Both the position numbers and the translations under genes were made by a program. The notes beneath the pieces were generated by a model. The model was given only the letters and a program-made list of their open reading frames with translations, searched no databases and was not told the origin of the DNA. Below, one piece after another: positions 22,866-34,853 of a DNA stretch of 64,000 nt (the stretch's first letter is position 1; the number at the start of each line of letters is the position of its first letter). This DNA is from Acidobacteriota bacterium (lineage in GTDB: Bacteria; Acidobacteriota; UBA6911; RPQK01; JAJDTT01). The DNA lies in assembly GCA_965219855.1 (NCBI GenBank), contig CBDCOR010000026.1, positions 261,940 to 325,939 of the forward strand, in the 5' to 3' direction.

Positions 22866-24779
22866 CTAATAGTAACTCCTGCGCATCAGAGCAATTGATT
22901 CAAAGGACAGTTCCTCTTTATGGAGAAGCGGGTCCTGGTTGTCTCCAGTGAACTCCCAGGCAGAAACGTGGCTGGAATGGACATCATCTCGCTGTGCCTC
23001 GCCTTCAGCCGTCTGGTATTCCTCTCGGAAATGACTGCCACAGGATTCTTTTCGCTCGAGGGCATCCCGAGCCATCAGTTCGCCCAACTCCATAAAATCA
23101 GCCACCCTTCCTGCGAATTCCAGGTTCCTGTTGAGCGTGTCGCGCCGGCCAGGCACCTTGAGGTTTTGCCAGAACTCGTCTCTGAGCTCAGCTATCTGTT
23201 GCAGTGCGCTCTTCAGCCCTTCCTCGTTTCGAGACATCCCCACCTGGTCCCACAGAACCTGACCCAGGCGGCGGTGGTAATCGGTTGGACTCTGGCTGCC
23301 GTCGATGGAGAGCAGCCGCTTCAGTCGAGTTTCCGACTCCTGAGCCGTGTCCGCGAATTCTCCCTGTTGCATAGAGACATCACTGAACCTGGTCCCCGCA
23401 AAGTAGTCTCCGATCGTAGCCGGCAGGACGAAGTAACCATCCGCCAGGCCCTGCATCAGGGCGCTGGCGCCGAGTCGATTGGCTCCGTGGTCAGAGAAGT
23501 TGGCCTCGCCGAGCACGTAGAGTCCCGGGATCGTGGCCATCAAGTTGTAGTCGACCCAGAGCCCCCCCATGGTGTAGTGCACTGCCGGGTAGATCCGCAT
23601 GGGGACCTGATAAGGATCCTCCCCGGTGATTCGGTTGTAGAGCTCGAAGAGATTGCTATATCTGTCTTTTACGACCTCCAGGCCTAATCTTTGAAATGTG
23701 TCCGTGAAATCCAGGTAAACTGCCAGTCTAGTTTCTCCGACGCCTCGTCCTTCGTCGCAGGCTGCTTTGGCGGCTCGAGAGGCCACGTCCCGGGGCACAA
23801 GATTCCCGAAAGCGGGGTATCTTCGCTCGAGATAGTAGTCGCGGTCCTCTTCCGGAATCTGGTCCGGTGGTCGAAAGTCGCCCTGCTCTTTGGGCACCCA
23901 TACCCGTCCGTCGTTACGGAGACTCTCACTCATCAGCGTGAGCTTTGATTGGTGTTGACCGGATACGGGTAAACAGGTGGGATGGATCTGAGTGAAACAG
24001 GGGTTGGCAAACGCAGCGCCTCTTCTGTAACAGCGCCAGGCCGCCGTGACGTTCGAGCTCATGGCGTTGGTGGACAGGTAGTAGGCGTTGCCATAGCCGC
24101 CAGTAGCCAAAACCACTGCGTACCCTAGATGTCTCTCGATCGCACCGGTCAATAGATTCCGAACAACGATTCCGCGTGCCTTTCCATCCACCAGCACCAG
24201 ATCCAACATCTCTCGCCTGGGGAGCAGTTGAACTCCGCCCAGGTCCACCTGGCGCATCAAAGCGCCGTACACACCCAGGAGCAGTTGCTGTCCGGTTTGT
24301 CCTCGAGCATAAAAGGTCCGCGAGACCTGGGCACCCCCAAAGGAGCGGTTGGCCAGGTAGCCTCCATATTCCCGGGCGAAGGGGACCCCTTGAGCCACGC
24401 ACTGGTCGATGATGTTGCCGCTCACATCGGCAAGCCGATAGACGTTGGCCTCCCTGGATCGATAATCGCCGCCTTTGATGGTGTCGAAGAAGAGGCGCCA
24501 GACACTGTCTCCGTCGTTCTGGTAGTTCTTGGCGGCGTTGATTCCCCCTTGAGCTGCCACGCTGTGAGCTCGTCGGGGCGAGTCCTGAATGCAGAAACTG
24601 AGGACGCGATATCCCAACTCAGCCAGGCTGGCCGCTGCCGATCCCCCGGCCAGACCGGTGCCCACGACGATGATGGTGAAGTTTTTCCGGTTGGCTGGGC
24701 TGATCAGTCCCAGTTCCGACTTGTGCTTTTCCCACTTCGATACCAATGGCCCTCTGGGGACCCCCGCGTCAAGCTGCAT
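22866..24779 (-). CDS. sdhA: Succinate dehydrogenase/fumarate reductase flavoprotein
   Basis: [36 protein letters not shown]. Confidence 0.97.
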   Translation of the reverse strand: MQLDAGVPRGPLVSKWEKHKSELGLISPANRKNFTIIVVGTGLAGGSAAASLAELGYRVLSFCIQDSPRRAHSVAAQGGINAAKNYQNDGDSVWRLFFDTIKGGDYRSREANVYRLADVSGNIIDQCVAQGVPFAREYGGYLANRSFGGAQVSRTFYARGQTGQQLLLGVYGALMRQVDLGGVQLLPRREMLDLVLVDGKARGIVVRNLLTGAIERHLGYAVVLATGGYGNAYYLSTNAMSSNVTAAWRCYRRGAAFANPCFTQIHPTCLPVSGQHQSKLTLMSESLRNDGRVWVPKEQGDFRPPDQIPEEDRDYYLERRYPAFGNLVPRDVASRAAKAACDEGRGVGETRLAVYLDFTDTFQRLGLEVVKDRYSNLFELYNRITGEDPYQVPMRIYPAVHYTMGGLWVDYNLMATIPGLYVLGEANFSDHGANRLGASALMQGLADGYFVLPATIGDYFAGTRFSDVSMQQGEFADTAQESETRLKRLLSIDGSQSPTDYHRRLGQVLWDQVGMSRNEEGLKSALQQIAELRDEFWQNLKVPGRRDTLNRNLEFAGRVADFMELGELMARDALERKESCGSHFREEYQTAEGEAQRDDVHSSHVSAWEFTGDNQDPLLHKEELSFESIALMRRSYY

Positions 24780-25474
24780 CAGTAGACTTCTTGTAAATAG
24801 ACCCAGAGCGGGATCCCCAGGAATCCAAGTCCCAGGATTACCGCTGAGATGTATCCGACTGTGAAGATCAGGGGTGTGTAGCGCGGATGCTGCAGACCCA
24901 GGGACTGAAACGCGCTCCAGAAACCATGGCGCAAATGGAAACCCAGGAATATCATCGCTCCCACATACCAGCAGACGTAGAGGGGGTCCCTGAAGACTTC
25001 CATCACCAGTCGGTGGAGATCTCGAATTCGCTGACCGTCTATCTCCGACACATAACCTTCCTCAACACCGGGACCGTACTTGAATGTGTAGATGTGAAGA
25101 ACGGTGAATACCAGAAGAACCAGGCCTGTCCAGATCATGGTTGAGGAGGCAAGTGATTTCTGACTCGGCTCTCCAGCGCTCTTGAACTTCTGGTAGCCGA
25201 TTGGACGGGCCTTGCGGTTCCTCCAGGTTACCGAGACCGCCGCCGCGATGTGAGCGATGAATGCGGCCAGGAGAAAGATTTCTACCAGGATGAGAGGCCA
25301 TCCCAGGTTCACCAGCGTATCGGCATAGCGATTGAAGGGGCTGGGATCCTCTAGAAAGAGCAGAAGATTCCCCAGGAGGTGACCGATCAGGAAGGCGAAA
25401 AGAAGCAATCCTGTCAAGGCCAGCAACAGCTTCTGGCCTACCGTTGTTCCAAATCCCGGGGGATTAGGGGACAT
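24779..25474 (-). CDS. sdhC: Succinate dehydrogenase cytochrome b558 subunit
   Basis: Five TM helices with HLLGN and [14 protein letters not shown]; in operon with sdhAB. Confidence 0.93.
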   Translation of the reverse strand: MSPNPPGFGTTVGQKLLLALTGLLLFAFLIGHLLGNLLLFLEDPSPFNRYADTLVNLGWPLILVEIFLLAAFIAHIAAAVSVTWRNRKARPIGYQKFKSAGEPSQKSLASSTMIWTGLVLLVFTVLHIYTFKYGPGVEEGYVSEIDGQRIRDLHRLVMEVFRDPLYVCWYVGAMIFLGFHLRHGFWSAFQSLGLQHPRYTPLIFTVGYISAVILGLGFLGIPLWVYLQEVY

Positions 25475-25546
25475 AGCGGACTACCGTCAAGTGCAGCAAG
25501 CACCGAATCTCAGGCATCAGGTGCGCAGCCGTTCCAACCGAAATTC

Positions 25547-26000
25547 TTACTCAAGAAACTGCTGGGAGATGTCTTCGGTCCTTGGTCGAAGACGCCAGTC
25601 ACTGATCGTTCGAGCACAGCTGTTCCAGCGCAGGATTGCATCATCGTTCCCCTGGGGACGGATCTTCTCAGCCTTCTCGTACCATTCCATGGCCTCACGA
25701 AACAGATCGTAGGCATTGTGCTGAGATCCAGGGGCACTCTGTTTGAGCTTTGCCCTGGCCTGTCTCTCAGAGATGACACCCGTGTAGTAGGAACGCTTAT
25801 ACTCGTCCTGAAGTTGGCCGATTATCTCTTCAGCCCTTGCCAACCGTCCCACACCATAGCCGAACTGGTCAGTCAGACTGAGCAGTAGCTCTGTCAGTGC
25901 CTGCTGGTTCTCAGGGTCGATTCTGAGAATGTCGCGGCAGACGCTTTCGGCCTGCTCAGGTTCGTTGAGCAGCCGATAGTGTTCCGCTCGATCCAGCGGA
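25547..26000 (-). CDS. Conserved hypothetical TPR-like protein; N-terminus appears degraded
   Basis: RAEHYRLLNEPEQAESVCRDIL, YYTGVISER, DDAILRWNSCAR. Confidence 0.65.
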
Positions 26001-26043
26001 GGAAGACGAAGGAGAGAGCCTTTGACGTTCACTGTTCGTGCAG

Positions 26044-26082
26044 AAGTTTCTTTCTCGAATGGGGCCAGCACCGCTGGGGGCG
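26044..26082 (-). repeat. Partial modular repeat unit (C)
   Basis: AAGTTTCTTTCTCGAATGGGGCCAGCACCGCTGG. Confidence 0.8.
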
Positions 26083-26203
26083 GTACCAATATAGAACACA
26101 AGGGAGGTCCCACCAGGCAGGTCGACTGTGGCAAATCACGTGCTTGCCTATCGCAGGATGGGTGATATTACCCGATTTGGAAGAACAGCAGCCGACTGAG
26201 GGC

Positions 26204-27420
26204 CTATTCTCTCTCGGTTTCTCGAATCCACAAGAACAGAGCCCCGATGACAAACCCTATGACAGCCAGGGACAGATACAGGCCCCGCCTGCGAAAGCGG
26301 AGGTCTTTAAATGCCTGGACACCCTCAGCATGCGCGTCTTCCCCGATTTCGAGACCTTCGGCGACAATCGCACCCAGCTTCTCGAGATCCAGGGAGTGAA
26401 CTTCGTGGCGGGCGAAAATGACCTTTTCCCGGGCCTCGTGGAGGTGGTAGATGGGACGGCTCACCTCCATTCCTGCCTGCTCGGCTCTCTCCAGAATCGC
26501 TTCAGCCGAACCGATGCGTTCCTGCAGCCGGACCAGTTGTGTCGCCATGCTGTCGGCGGCCTCACTTCCCTGATCTGACTCGTGGCAGGCACTACACACG
26601 GCGTCCTCACCCACCAGCTGGGATTCGTCGGCAGCAGCAACAGCATGATTCCCATGACAGGTCACGCACCCTGCTAAATCCATCAGTGTGAACATTTCGC
26701 CGTGCGGACTCTGCTGAAACAGGCTGCGTTGGGTGCCGTGGCAGTTGCCGCACACCTGAGCTACCGAGGCGGCCTGAGGAGGGACAGCTCCATGGTTGCC
26801 GTGACAGTCGTTACAGGTGGGCGCAGACAGATCTCTCTTCTCGAAAAGTGCCAGCGCGTGCACGCTTGTTCTATATTCGGCGACCTGGTTGTGGGGAACT
26901 CCATGAGCCTCCATGCGCTTGGGATCGGAGTGGCAACTGCCGCAGGTATCCGCCACTTTGGTGGGATATGTCGGCGACAGCGGATCGTTCACCTTCCGAA
27001 TGTCGTGCACCGAATGACAACTGATACAGGTAGCTACGTCGGTATGTCCCTCGGCGCCCAACTTCCCGTGGACACTGGTCCGGTATTCGGAGACCTGGTC
27101 GATCCGGAGTGACGGATTGTACTGCCGCATGAACTCAGCAGAGGAATGGCAAGAGCCGCAGAGGTCGGAGATTCCCTTGAAGCCAGGCGCGCCGACGTAG
27201 CCCGTATCGGACCCTTTTGCGCCTTCCATGTCATTGTTGGAAGGGTCGCCCCCATGACAGGACGCGCAGGAGAGTCCAACCTGGTGGTGGATGTCATTCA
27301 CGAAGATTTCCGAGGCTCACCCAGGCTGTCTCCCAGCTCCAGGTGGCAGCTGATGCAGCTGTCACTCGCCAGAGCAGGAGCCGCCGACACGAGTAGGATC
27401 AGAACGACAACGACACTCAT
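26204..27420 (-). pseudogene. Membrane-anchored multiheme cytochrome c (9 CxxCH), frameshifted near 27310
   Basis: Signal peptide plus CISCH from ATG 27420 in one frame; 8 further CxxCH and a C-terminal TM in another frame. Confidence 0.85.
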
Positions 27421-27430
27421 TGTGTAAGGC

Positions 27431-28531
27431 CTACCAGACCGCATACAGGGTCAGTCCCAAGATGTACAGAATCAGGGCTCCGCCGATGATATCCACCAAG
27501 AAGGTCCACCCTCTTTTGACCAGGAACGAATCCCAGAAGGGCACCAGGAGCCAGAGCAGACCGCCCAGTGAGAAGGCCATTATCCCCACGACTTCGCCTT
27601 CGAAGGCAAGAATGTGGCTGGGAAGAAACTTCAGGGTTTCGAACATGAAAAGAAAGTACCACTCGGGCTGAATTCCGACCGGCGCCGGGGCAAAGGGATC
27701 CGCCTTGCTGCCCAGTTCCCAGGGAGAATAAACGCAAAGAAAAACGAGCAGACCAAGGACGACGTACCAGGCTGCCAAGTCGCGGAGAAAAGCTCCGGGA
27801 AAGAAGGGGAGGGTTCGCAGATTCTTGCTTTGCAGTCGAGGTGGGACCGACATGCCATGCTTTTGGACCAGACTGATGTGGAACAGAATCAGAATCGTCG
27901 TGAGGGCCGGCAGAACTGCCACGTGGAAGCCAAAAAAGCGGGTCAGGGTAGCACCGGTTACCTGCTCACCCCCTCGGAAAAAGACAGCCAAGGCGCCGCC
28001 GACCAGGGGAATCGCCCCGAGGACGTCGGTCCCGACCTGGGTGGCGAAGTAGGCCAGTTCGTTCCAGGGAAGGAGGTAGCCGCTGAAGCCGAAACCCAGC
28101 ATCAGGTAGAAGAGGAGTACGCCGGTGATCCAGGTCAGCTCACGCGGTCTGCGGTAGGCTTTCATGAAGAACGTGCTGAACATGTGCAGGAAGGCAAACC
28201 CGACCAGCAGGTTGGCCGACCAGCTGTGGAGGGAGCGGATGAGCCACCCGAATTCGACCTCGGAGACGATGAACTGGACGCTCTCGAAGGCCTCCTCGGC
28301 GCTGGGTCGGTAGTACAGCAGCAGAAGAATCCCGCTCCCGAGCTGAATCATCAGCAGAAACATTACGATTCCGCCCAGGAAGTAGGCTATCGAGAAGCGG
28401 TGAACCGGCACCTCCTTCTTCAATGCCAGCTTCGTGAAATAGGAGAGGTCGATCCGTTCGTCGAACCAGCGAAATAGCGCAGACGACCCCAAGCCAGCTT
28501 CAGCCGATTCTTGAGACCGAGACTTCCCCAT
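27431..28531 (-). CDS. petB: Cytochrome b of a Rieske/cytb complex
   Basis: [29 protein letters not shown]. Confidence 0.94.
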   Translation of the reverse strand: MGKSRSQESAEAGLGSSALFRWFDERIDLSYFTKLALKKEVPVHRFSIAYFLGGIVMFLLMIQLGSGILLLLYYRPSAEEAFESVQFIVSEVEFGWLIRSLHSWSANLLVGFAFLHMFSTFFMKAYRRPRELTWITGVLLFYLMLGFGFSGYLLPWNELAYFATQVGTDVLGAIPLVGGALAVFFRGGEQVTGATLTRFFGFHVAVLPALTTILILFHISLVQKHGMSVPPRLQSKNLRTLPFFPGAFLRDLAAWYVVLGLLVFLCVYSPWELGSKADPFAPAPVGIQPEWYFLFMFETLKFLPSHILAFEGEVVGIMAFSLGGLLWLLVPFWDSFLVKRGWTFLVDIIGGALILYILGLTLYAVW

Positions 28532-28952
28532 GACTCTCCTTGACTGCGTATTCTTCCAGCGGCCGTGGAGGGGGCCCCGCCGTTGGGGTCCCGTTCAGGT
28601 CATACAGACCCTCGTGACAGGCGCAGTAGATGTCCTGCCTATCCGATCGGTACTGGACAGTGCAGTTCAGATGGGTGCAGATGGCAGCAAAAGCTTTCAG
28701 TTCTCCTGAGGATGTCCGGACCACGAGTCCGGGGCGGGTGCCGAACTTGAAGATGCGACCCGAGTTAGGCGGTAACTGGTCCGATTTTGCAGCCACCACG
28801 GTCAGGGTTGCCGCTTCCGGATTACTCGGGGGGATGAGATAGCGAACAATAGGATAGAGGATGGTGACGAGAGAAGCGCCGATGGAACTCGAGAGAAGAT
28901 ACCCCAGGATCTTGCGGCGGGTGGGCACTGGTCCTCCTTGGCCTGAATTCAA
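28500..28952 (-). CDS. Rieske [2Fe-2S] protein
   Basis: TRRK leader plus TM, CTHLNC, CACHEG, GPPPRPL. Confidence 0.94.
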   Translation of the reverse strand: MNSGQGGPVPTRRKILGYLLSSSIGASLVTILYPIVRYLIPPSNPEAATLTVVAAKSDQLPPNSGRIFKFGTRPGLVVRTSSGELKAFAAICTHLNCTVQYRSDRQDIYCACHEGLYDLNGTPTAGPPPRPLEEYAVKESHGEVSVSRIG

Positions 28953-29026
28953 GGTCGTCGTCCCTTGAAAGCAAGTTTGCTGCCCTTGAAGGGACAGTGC
29001 GCCTCCCAGCCGGTCACTGCTCGAAG

Positions 29027-29080
29027 AAGTTTCAGGCTCGTGGGGCCCCCAGCCGCCGGCCCCATTCGAGAAAGAAACTT
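29027..29080 (+). repeat. Modular repeat unit D, preceded by the end of an S2-like spacer
   Basis: AAGTTTCAGGCTCG...ATTCGAGAAAGAAACTT; upstream GCCGGTCACTGCTCGA shared with 35158-35173. Confidence 0.85.
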
Positions 29081-29393
29081 GGGTTTGAGGCAGAGACCCC
29101 CCTCCGCTCTCTCTCCTCGGGGCTTGGCTTCATGATGCTGACATTTGGCCCCGTGCGCGGTACTGTGTTGCTCTTGCTTCCATCGTTGTGAGGGAAGCCT
29201 CTCGCCAGGCTGTCCCGTGACAAGAGACTTGCGACGTGCGACCTGCGACCTCTTCTTGAATTAGCGTCATATCCCCCATACGAACGGGGACTTTGCCCCA
29301 GGTTTCTACTCTGCAGAGTCCACATCAAGAAGGTTCGGATAAGGATCTTTGGCACCCATCTTGCTCATTCTCGAGACAAGACAGGAGGTGGTC

Positions 29394-29753
29394 ATGCTTA
29401 GCAGACAGGAAATGCAGAGTTTGCAGCGGCGTCTCATGGATGCTGTCTGCCCAGTTTGTATCCATAACAGCGTCGATGGTACTTGCGCTCTCTGGTCTCT
29501 CGAAGAATGTCCCATCTCGTCGCATCTGACTCGTCTGACGGGGGTCGTGCAGGCGGTCCAAAGCAACCTGATGGAGGACTATGTAGCAAGGATACGGCAA
29601 GATGTCTGCTCGGTCTGCAGGAGTGCGGAGTTCCACAACCAGGCGTGCGATATGAGGGAAGAAGGCCAGTGTGCCCTCGATGCCTATCTCTCTTTGATTG
29701 TGGACACCATCGACGATTTCTTGAAAGAGCGAGACTCAAAAGCGCCCCTCTGA
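29394..29753 (+). CDS. Small Cys-rich hypothetical protein
   Basis: GGAGGTG RBS; two similar CxxC...C...C halves. Confidence 0.7.
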   Translation: MLSRQEMQSLQRRLMDAVCPVCIHNSVDGTCALWSLEECPISSHLTRLTGVVQAVQSNLMEDYVARIRQDVCSVCRSAEFHNQACDMREEGQCALDAYLSLIVDTIDDFLKERDSKAPL

Positions 29754-29790
29754 GTGAGAATCTGAAGGCTGAACAGGACGGGAGACGACC

Positions 29791-30975
29791 ATGCATGGGA
29801 CCCATCAGAACAGATCTTCTCTACTCCATCCCTCCGAGATCGACTTCACACGTACTCCTTTCGTTGCCATCTGGGAAATCACCCGCGCTTGTGATCTAGC
29901 TTGCCGTCACTGCCGCGCCGAGGCAATTCCCCAGGCCCTTCCCGGCGAACTGACCGAGCAGGAAGGGCAGGATCTGCTTCAGTCCCTGTCGGATATGGGC
30001 ACGCCGATTTGTGTGCTTTCCGGCGGTGACCCCGCCAAGCGCCAAGACCTGTGTGCCCTGGTCGAGCATGGCAATCGACTGGGCATGCGCATGGCCACCA
30101 TTCCAGCTGCGACCCCGCTGCTCACCGGCGAATTGGTAAAGAGTCTGAAGGATGCTGGCCTGGCGCAGATGGCCTTGAGTCTGGATGGTCCGACCGCTGA
30201 AGTCCATGACAAGTTTCGCGGTGTCCCAGGGGCCTTTGATCTTACGCTTGAGGGCGCTCGCTATGCACGGGAGGTCGAACTCCCGCTGTAGATCAACACC
30301 ACCTTCAGCGCCTACAACAGGCAGTATTTCGAGAGCATGGCCGAGTTGGTCCTGAGCCTGGGTGTGGTGTTCTGGGAGGTCTTCTTTCTGGTACCGATGG
30401 GACGAGGGCGCGAGCTCGGCCTGCTCAACGCGGAAGAGTTTGAGCGCTTGTTCGAGCAGCTTGCCCACTTCGCGCGCCGGGTCGACTTCATTGTCAAGAT
30501 CACGGAGGGGCCACACTACCGGCGTTACTTGATGCAGGAACGTTCCCGCGCCCGAAAGAGCAGTCCAGGGGGCAAGAGTCTCGGACCAGCAACACACCCG
30601 AAGGGCGGGCAGCTGCCTTCTCACATGACTCGCGACTTCGGCCCTGGCGGGAGCATCGGACTCGCGCCGAAGGGGGTCAACTCCGGAAACGGATTCGTTT
30701 TTGTCAACTACCGTGGTGACATCTACCCCAGCGGGTTTCTTCCCCTCTCCTGCGGCAACGTCCGCTCCGATTCAATCGGGGAAGTCTATCGATCTCATCC
30801 CGTCTTTCGGGAGCTGCGAGAGCCCGATCTGCTCAAGGGGAAATGCGGGATCTGCGAGTTTCGTCACATTTGTGGAGGCTCCAGAGCCCGCGCCTACGCG
30901 CTGACGGGAGACTATATGGAAGCGGAACGCTTCTGTCTTTACGAGCCGAACGGGTCTCGTCAGTCGGTTCGCTAG
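29791..30975 (+). pseudogene. Radical SAM/SPASM protein (TIGR04053 / AhbD-NirJ-like) with internal TAG
   Basis: CDLACRHC; KGKCGICEFRHICGGSRARAY; TAG at 30289-30291 where QINTT is expected. Confidence 0.88.
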
Positions 30976-30989
30976 ATGATTAAGTGAGG

Positions 30990-31138
30990 CTCCATTCAGC
31001 GTCCCGGATGAACCTGAAGAGTACGAAAACATCAAACAGGGTTCAGAATCTCGGATGGTCGAATACGGCGATGTGATGACGATCAAAGACTGGGTGGACA
31101 TCGTTGCTTATCTCGAAGCACGCCGCCAGGGTAAGTAG
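30990..31138 (+). pseudogene. C-terminal fragment of a c-type cytochrome
   Basis: SRMVEYGDVMTIKDWVDIVAYL. Confidence 0.55.
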
Positions 31139-31255
31139 AGAAATGTGGACGTCCTTTACCTCCGCCAGGGTAGCTGGAGTGGTTCAATCAGCCGGATAAG
31201 TGGTCAAGTTTGGGTCTGCAGCCTCGACTCAAATCGCCAGGAGGCGAAACTGAAA

Positions 31256-31550
31256 ATGATCAACAAGATTATATTTGCAACGGATTTTTCGAAACTATCC
31301 CACCAGGCCTTCGACTACACGCTGAAGGTGGCTCAGAAGACCTGAGCCAAAGTCATCGCTGCACATGTGTTGAAGTCGACGCCACCGCTCTTCGCACCCT
31401 TTGAGTTTCCCGATGACTACAGGTGCCGACTCGAGCAGCAGAGTCGATCCAATCTGGAAGACTTTATTTCTTCGGGATCATTGCCGAGAGCTCTCGAACT
31501 GGAAAATCGCTTGTGCTGGGGAATCCCAGAGCACGCATTGACCGAACCCT
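31256..31550 (+). pseudogene. Universal stress protein, with internal stop and truncation
   Basis: MINKIIFATDFS; TGA at 31343; continues AKVIAAHV. Confidence 0.75.
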
Positions 31551-31596
31551 TAGAACGGGGTAGGAGGTGTCTCGGGGCTAGCTCGGTCAGGGTTGG

Positions 31597-32346
31597 TTGA
31601 TATCCATGGAATTGCGTGACCCAGTATTGACTGTGTTGCTTTGCAGTTCGGTTGCCGCTGCAACCGCAGTATTTGGCGTACTTCCCTTTGCTTTCCACAA
31701 AAGAGTGGGCCTTGAGTGGATTGGAGGTGCCTACGCGCTGGCTTCCGGGCTGATGCTGGGCGTTGCGTATCTTCTCATGACTCGTGGGCTGGAGCGAGGG
31801 TTGCTCCTGGCGATGGCTGGGGCCGGTCTGGGAGTAGCGTACACATACTGGGTCCAGTCCTACGCTGGGATTACCCAGCTGGACACAATGCCGGGTAGGG
31901 GAGCTGAGCCGGACTATGGCTACAGGATCATCCTTCAGAACACACTGCATTCTGCTTCCGAGGGCGTTGCCATCGGTGTTGCCATGCTGGTGAGTCTGAA
32001 GTTGGGTATCTTCATGGCTTTTGCTCTTGCCATCCACAACATCGGCGAAGCCATGGCGTTGACCGCTTTCCTGCGGGACCGAGGCATGTCCACGGGAGAG
32101 TCGGCCGGACTCTGTGTGGTCACCAACGTTGGCCAGGTCCTCCTGGCCATAGTGGCCTTTGCTGTGGGGCCGATGCTCGGCGATCGCCTTCCGGCAGCCT
32201 TGGGATTCGCCGCTGGGGCATTGCTCTTCCTGGTCATGACGGAACTGTTGCCAGCGTCCTACCAGCGTGCGAAGAGTGAGTCCGTTGCCTTTCTGTTGAG
32301 TTTCTCCGTGGCAGCAGTGGTACTGCTGGAAAGCTTCTTTCTCTAG
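31597..32346 (+). CDS. ZIP family metal transporter
   Basis: LASGLMLG, HSASEG, HNIGE, ELLP. Confidence 0.85.
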   Translation: MISMELRDPVLTVLLCSSVAAATAVFGVLPFAFHKRVGLEWIGGAYALASGLMLGVAYLLMTRGLERGLLLAMAGAGLGVAYTYWVQSYAGITQLDTMPGRGAEPDYGYRIILQNTLHSASEGVAIGVAMLVSLKLGIFMAFALAIHNIGEAMALTAFLRDRGMSTGESAGLCVVTNVGQVLLAIVAFAVGPMLGDRLPAALGFAAGALLFLVMTELLPASYQRAKSESVAFLLSFSVAAVVLLESFFL

Positions 32347-32354
32347 CCAAGGTC

Positions 32355-33081
32355 ATGCCGCTATCCATTGCTCTTGTATGGTTCTACGAGCTGATGACCG
32401 CGGCCGCCACCAGCCTCGGAGCAATTCCCTTCGCTTTTTCCAGGACTGTCTCATCAAGAACCGCAGCGTTCAGCAATGCTGCGGCCTCAGGTCTCATGCT
32501 AGGGGCCAGCTTCGGACTCATCTCAGAAGCAACGTCCTACGGCATTTGGCAAACCATCGCTGGAGGGTTGTTGGGTGTCGTCTTCATCTTCGTCGGGGAG
32601 AGGTTGCTCCAACAGAAAGAGGTCCACTTTGGAAACTTTCAGGGAGTAGGAGCCCGCCGGATCCTGCTGCTCATAGGCACGATGACTCTCCACTCCTTTG
32701 CCGAAGGAGTATCCGTCGGTGTGGCCTTCGGTGCAGGTGAGAAACTGGGTATTCTGATAGCTATCGCCATCGCGGTACACAACATTCCAGTTCAGTGCGG
32801 TGATGCGCCCCAACGGTGCGACGCTTTGGGCATGCGCCGGTTGGAGTGCCCTCTCGTCACTACCTCAGCCTCTCATGGCGGTCCCCGCCTTCTTGTTCGT
32901 CGAAACATTTCGCCCCATCTTGCCCTTCGGGTTGGGATTTGCCGCAGGGGCGATGGTTTTTATGGTCTTTCTTCAGCTCCTGCCCGAGGCCTACGAGAGT
33001 GCCAAGACGAGCACCGTGGGCGTATTGGTGTGTGTAACACTCGGTGCAATGATCCTGTTACAGCGTTTGCTTTTGACCTAA
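32355..33081 (+). pseudogene. ZIP family transporter, frameshift/deletion near 32790
   Basis: HSFAEG, HNIP then loss of EG..; C-terminus (SSLPQP, GFAAGAM) in another frame. Confidence 0.82.
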
Positions 33082-33306
33082 CCTGAAACTTCATTGGTAT
33101 CGTCGCACGTCTGAACGTCCGAACGTCGCACGTCTCTTGCCACTGGACAGTGTGGCGAGAGGCTTCAAGTTTCTTTCTCGAATGGGGCAGCCCGGCTGGG
33201 GAGCTACTAAGCTGAAACTTGATTGGCGAATGTAGCTTTGGCCTCCAGGCCGAAGTCTTATTTTTCCGAGCCTTTGGCTCGGACGGCGGCCTGGAGGCCG
33301 CCGCTA
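33078..33306 (-). repeat. Modular repeat array E: half unit, S0, unit 33167-33220, S1 (cut by intron)
   Basis: Near-identical inverse of 1391-1533, followed by S1. Confidence 0.9.
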
Positions 33307-34790
33307 GTGCGCCTGTGAAGGCGTTTGATCAGAAGGGTGAAAGTCCCTTCCAGGCTAACGTTACCGGCCTGAAGTCGACAGTGGTAACTGCGTTTCCGTG
33401 AGGAAGGGTGGAGAGCAACCTGAGACGAACGACCAATCCGTAACGCAAGTGAACTCGATTCGGCCAAGCCTGTCGGGGAGGGTCCTGGCAAAGCCCGAAC
33501 CCTTGACCGCGCGACGGCCATCCCTCCGACCTGAACGGTCTGCCCGGGGGGATAGACGCGGCAAGTCACGGCGGTGAAGTAACGTGACAAAGCGACCGTG
33601 ACGAAATGGCAATGCGGTGGTTGGAGATGGAGAGGTCGGAAGGTCAAACGAGATAAGCAGGGAGATCTGTCGGGTGAGGGACGTGGACGACCCATCGTGA
33701 GAGCTCGCAGTGGGGGACGCTGCGTGAGCAATGGCCCAGGCCCGCGGTGCAGTATCGCCCGCCGAAGGGGAGCGAACCTGGCGATACCGGTGAGGTCGGT
33801 TGAAGCGGCTCGACAGAAGTCAGAGCTCCCATAGTAGCGGGGAAGCCGTGCAGCAAAACGCGGTGGAGCGAAGGGGAGCAGGAAGGTAGATGCGAAATGA
33901 CTAAATCGCGGAAACGTAACTCCGCCCAAAGGCGGGACTACATCCCGGTCACAGTGCCGTTTTCGGCTAGCCCGGCTGGAGAGCCCGCTGGCATCGAACA
34001 GTGGGCTCATCGCGCGGTTTGGACGGATCGCATGTTGGAGACACTTTTGAAAGGAAAGGTGAGAGGAGGGAAATGGCACACGCTGATCGATAAGGTGTTT
34101 TGCAGCCGGAACCTTTCCAGCTCGGCCGAGAAGGTCTTGGGCAGGAAAGGAGCGGCGGGAGTGGACCGGCAAACGTGGGGGGATTTCGCCGAACACGAGC
34201 GGGAGGAACTCGAATGGTTGCAGGAAGAACTGCGTGAGGGGACCTATCGTCCGGCAGCGGTGCTGCGGAGGTGGATTCCCAAAACAGGCAGTTCGGAAAA
34301 GCGACCGCTGGGGATTCCGACCGTGCGGGATCGAGTCGTGCAAACGGCTTTGGTCCACGGGATCGAGCCGATTCTGGAGGCCACGTTCCATGATCGAAGC
34401 TACGGCTTTCGTCATGGGCGAGGGTGCCACGGCGCACTGCGGTACGTCGAAGAGCTGCTCGAAGCCGGTTATGTGTATGTCGTCGACGCGGATCTGAAGG
34501 GTTACTTCGATACGATCCCGAAAGATCGACTGTTGGACCTGATCCAACAGAAGATATCGGATCGCCGCGTGCTGGGCCTGGTTCAGCTGTTTCTGAATCA
34601 GGGGATACTGGAAGAGCTGCGTAAGTGGATTCCGGAAGCCGGAGTCCCCCAAGGCGCCGTTCTTTCTCCGGTGTTGTCGAATGCCTACCTCAATCCCCTG
34701 GACCATCGGATGGCCGATCTGGGCTTCCAGATGGTGCGCTACGCGGATGACTTTGTCCTGCTGTGTCGCGCACCCGAGGAGGCTGAAGCG
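33307..34790 (+). mobile_element. Group II intron, 3'-truncated
   Basis: GTGCG 5' boundary, GGTGAAAGTCC and GAAGTCAG..CATAGTA intron RNA motifs, RT ORF; no DV/DVI seen. Confidence 0.88.
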
Positions 34791-34853
34791 AGGGGTTGGG
34801 AGCTGCACAAATGTTCCCAACTCGTCTGCTGCCTTCCGTTCAAAGCCCGTTAG
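33897..34853 (+). pseudogene. Group II intron reverse transcriptase/maturase, truncated just after YADD
   Basis: RPLGIPTVRDRVVQ, SYGFR, DADLKGYFD, PQGAVLSP, RYADDF; only 318 aa. Confidence 0.9.

Noticed and set aside
30289-30291. Pyrrolysine/selenocysteine or stop-codon recoding at in-frame TAG/TGA
   Set aside because: Stops replace ordinary residues (for example Gln in QINTT), are of mixed type, and TAG/TGA end normal genes in this window
33897-34853. Retron, DGR or defence reverse transcriptase
   Set aside because: Has a GTGCG boundary, intron RNA motifs and group II RT motifs; no TR/VR pair or msr-msd seen
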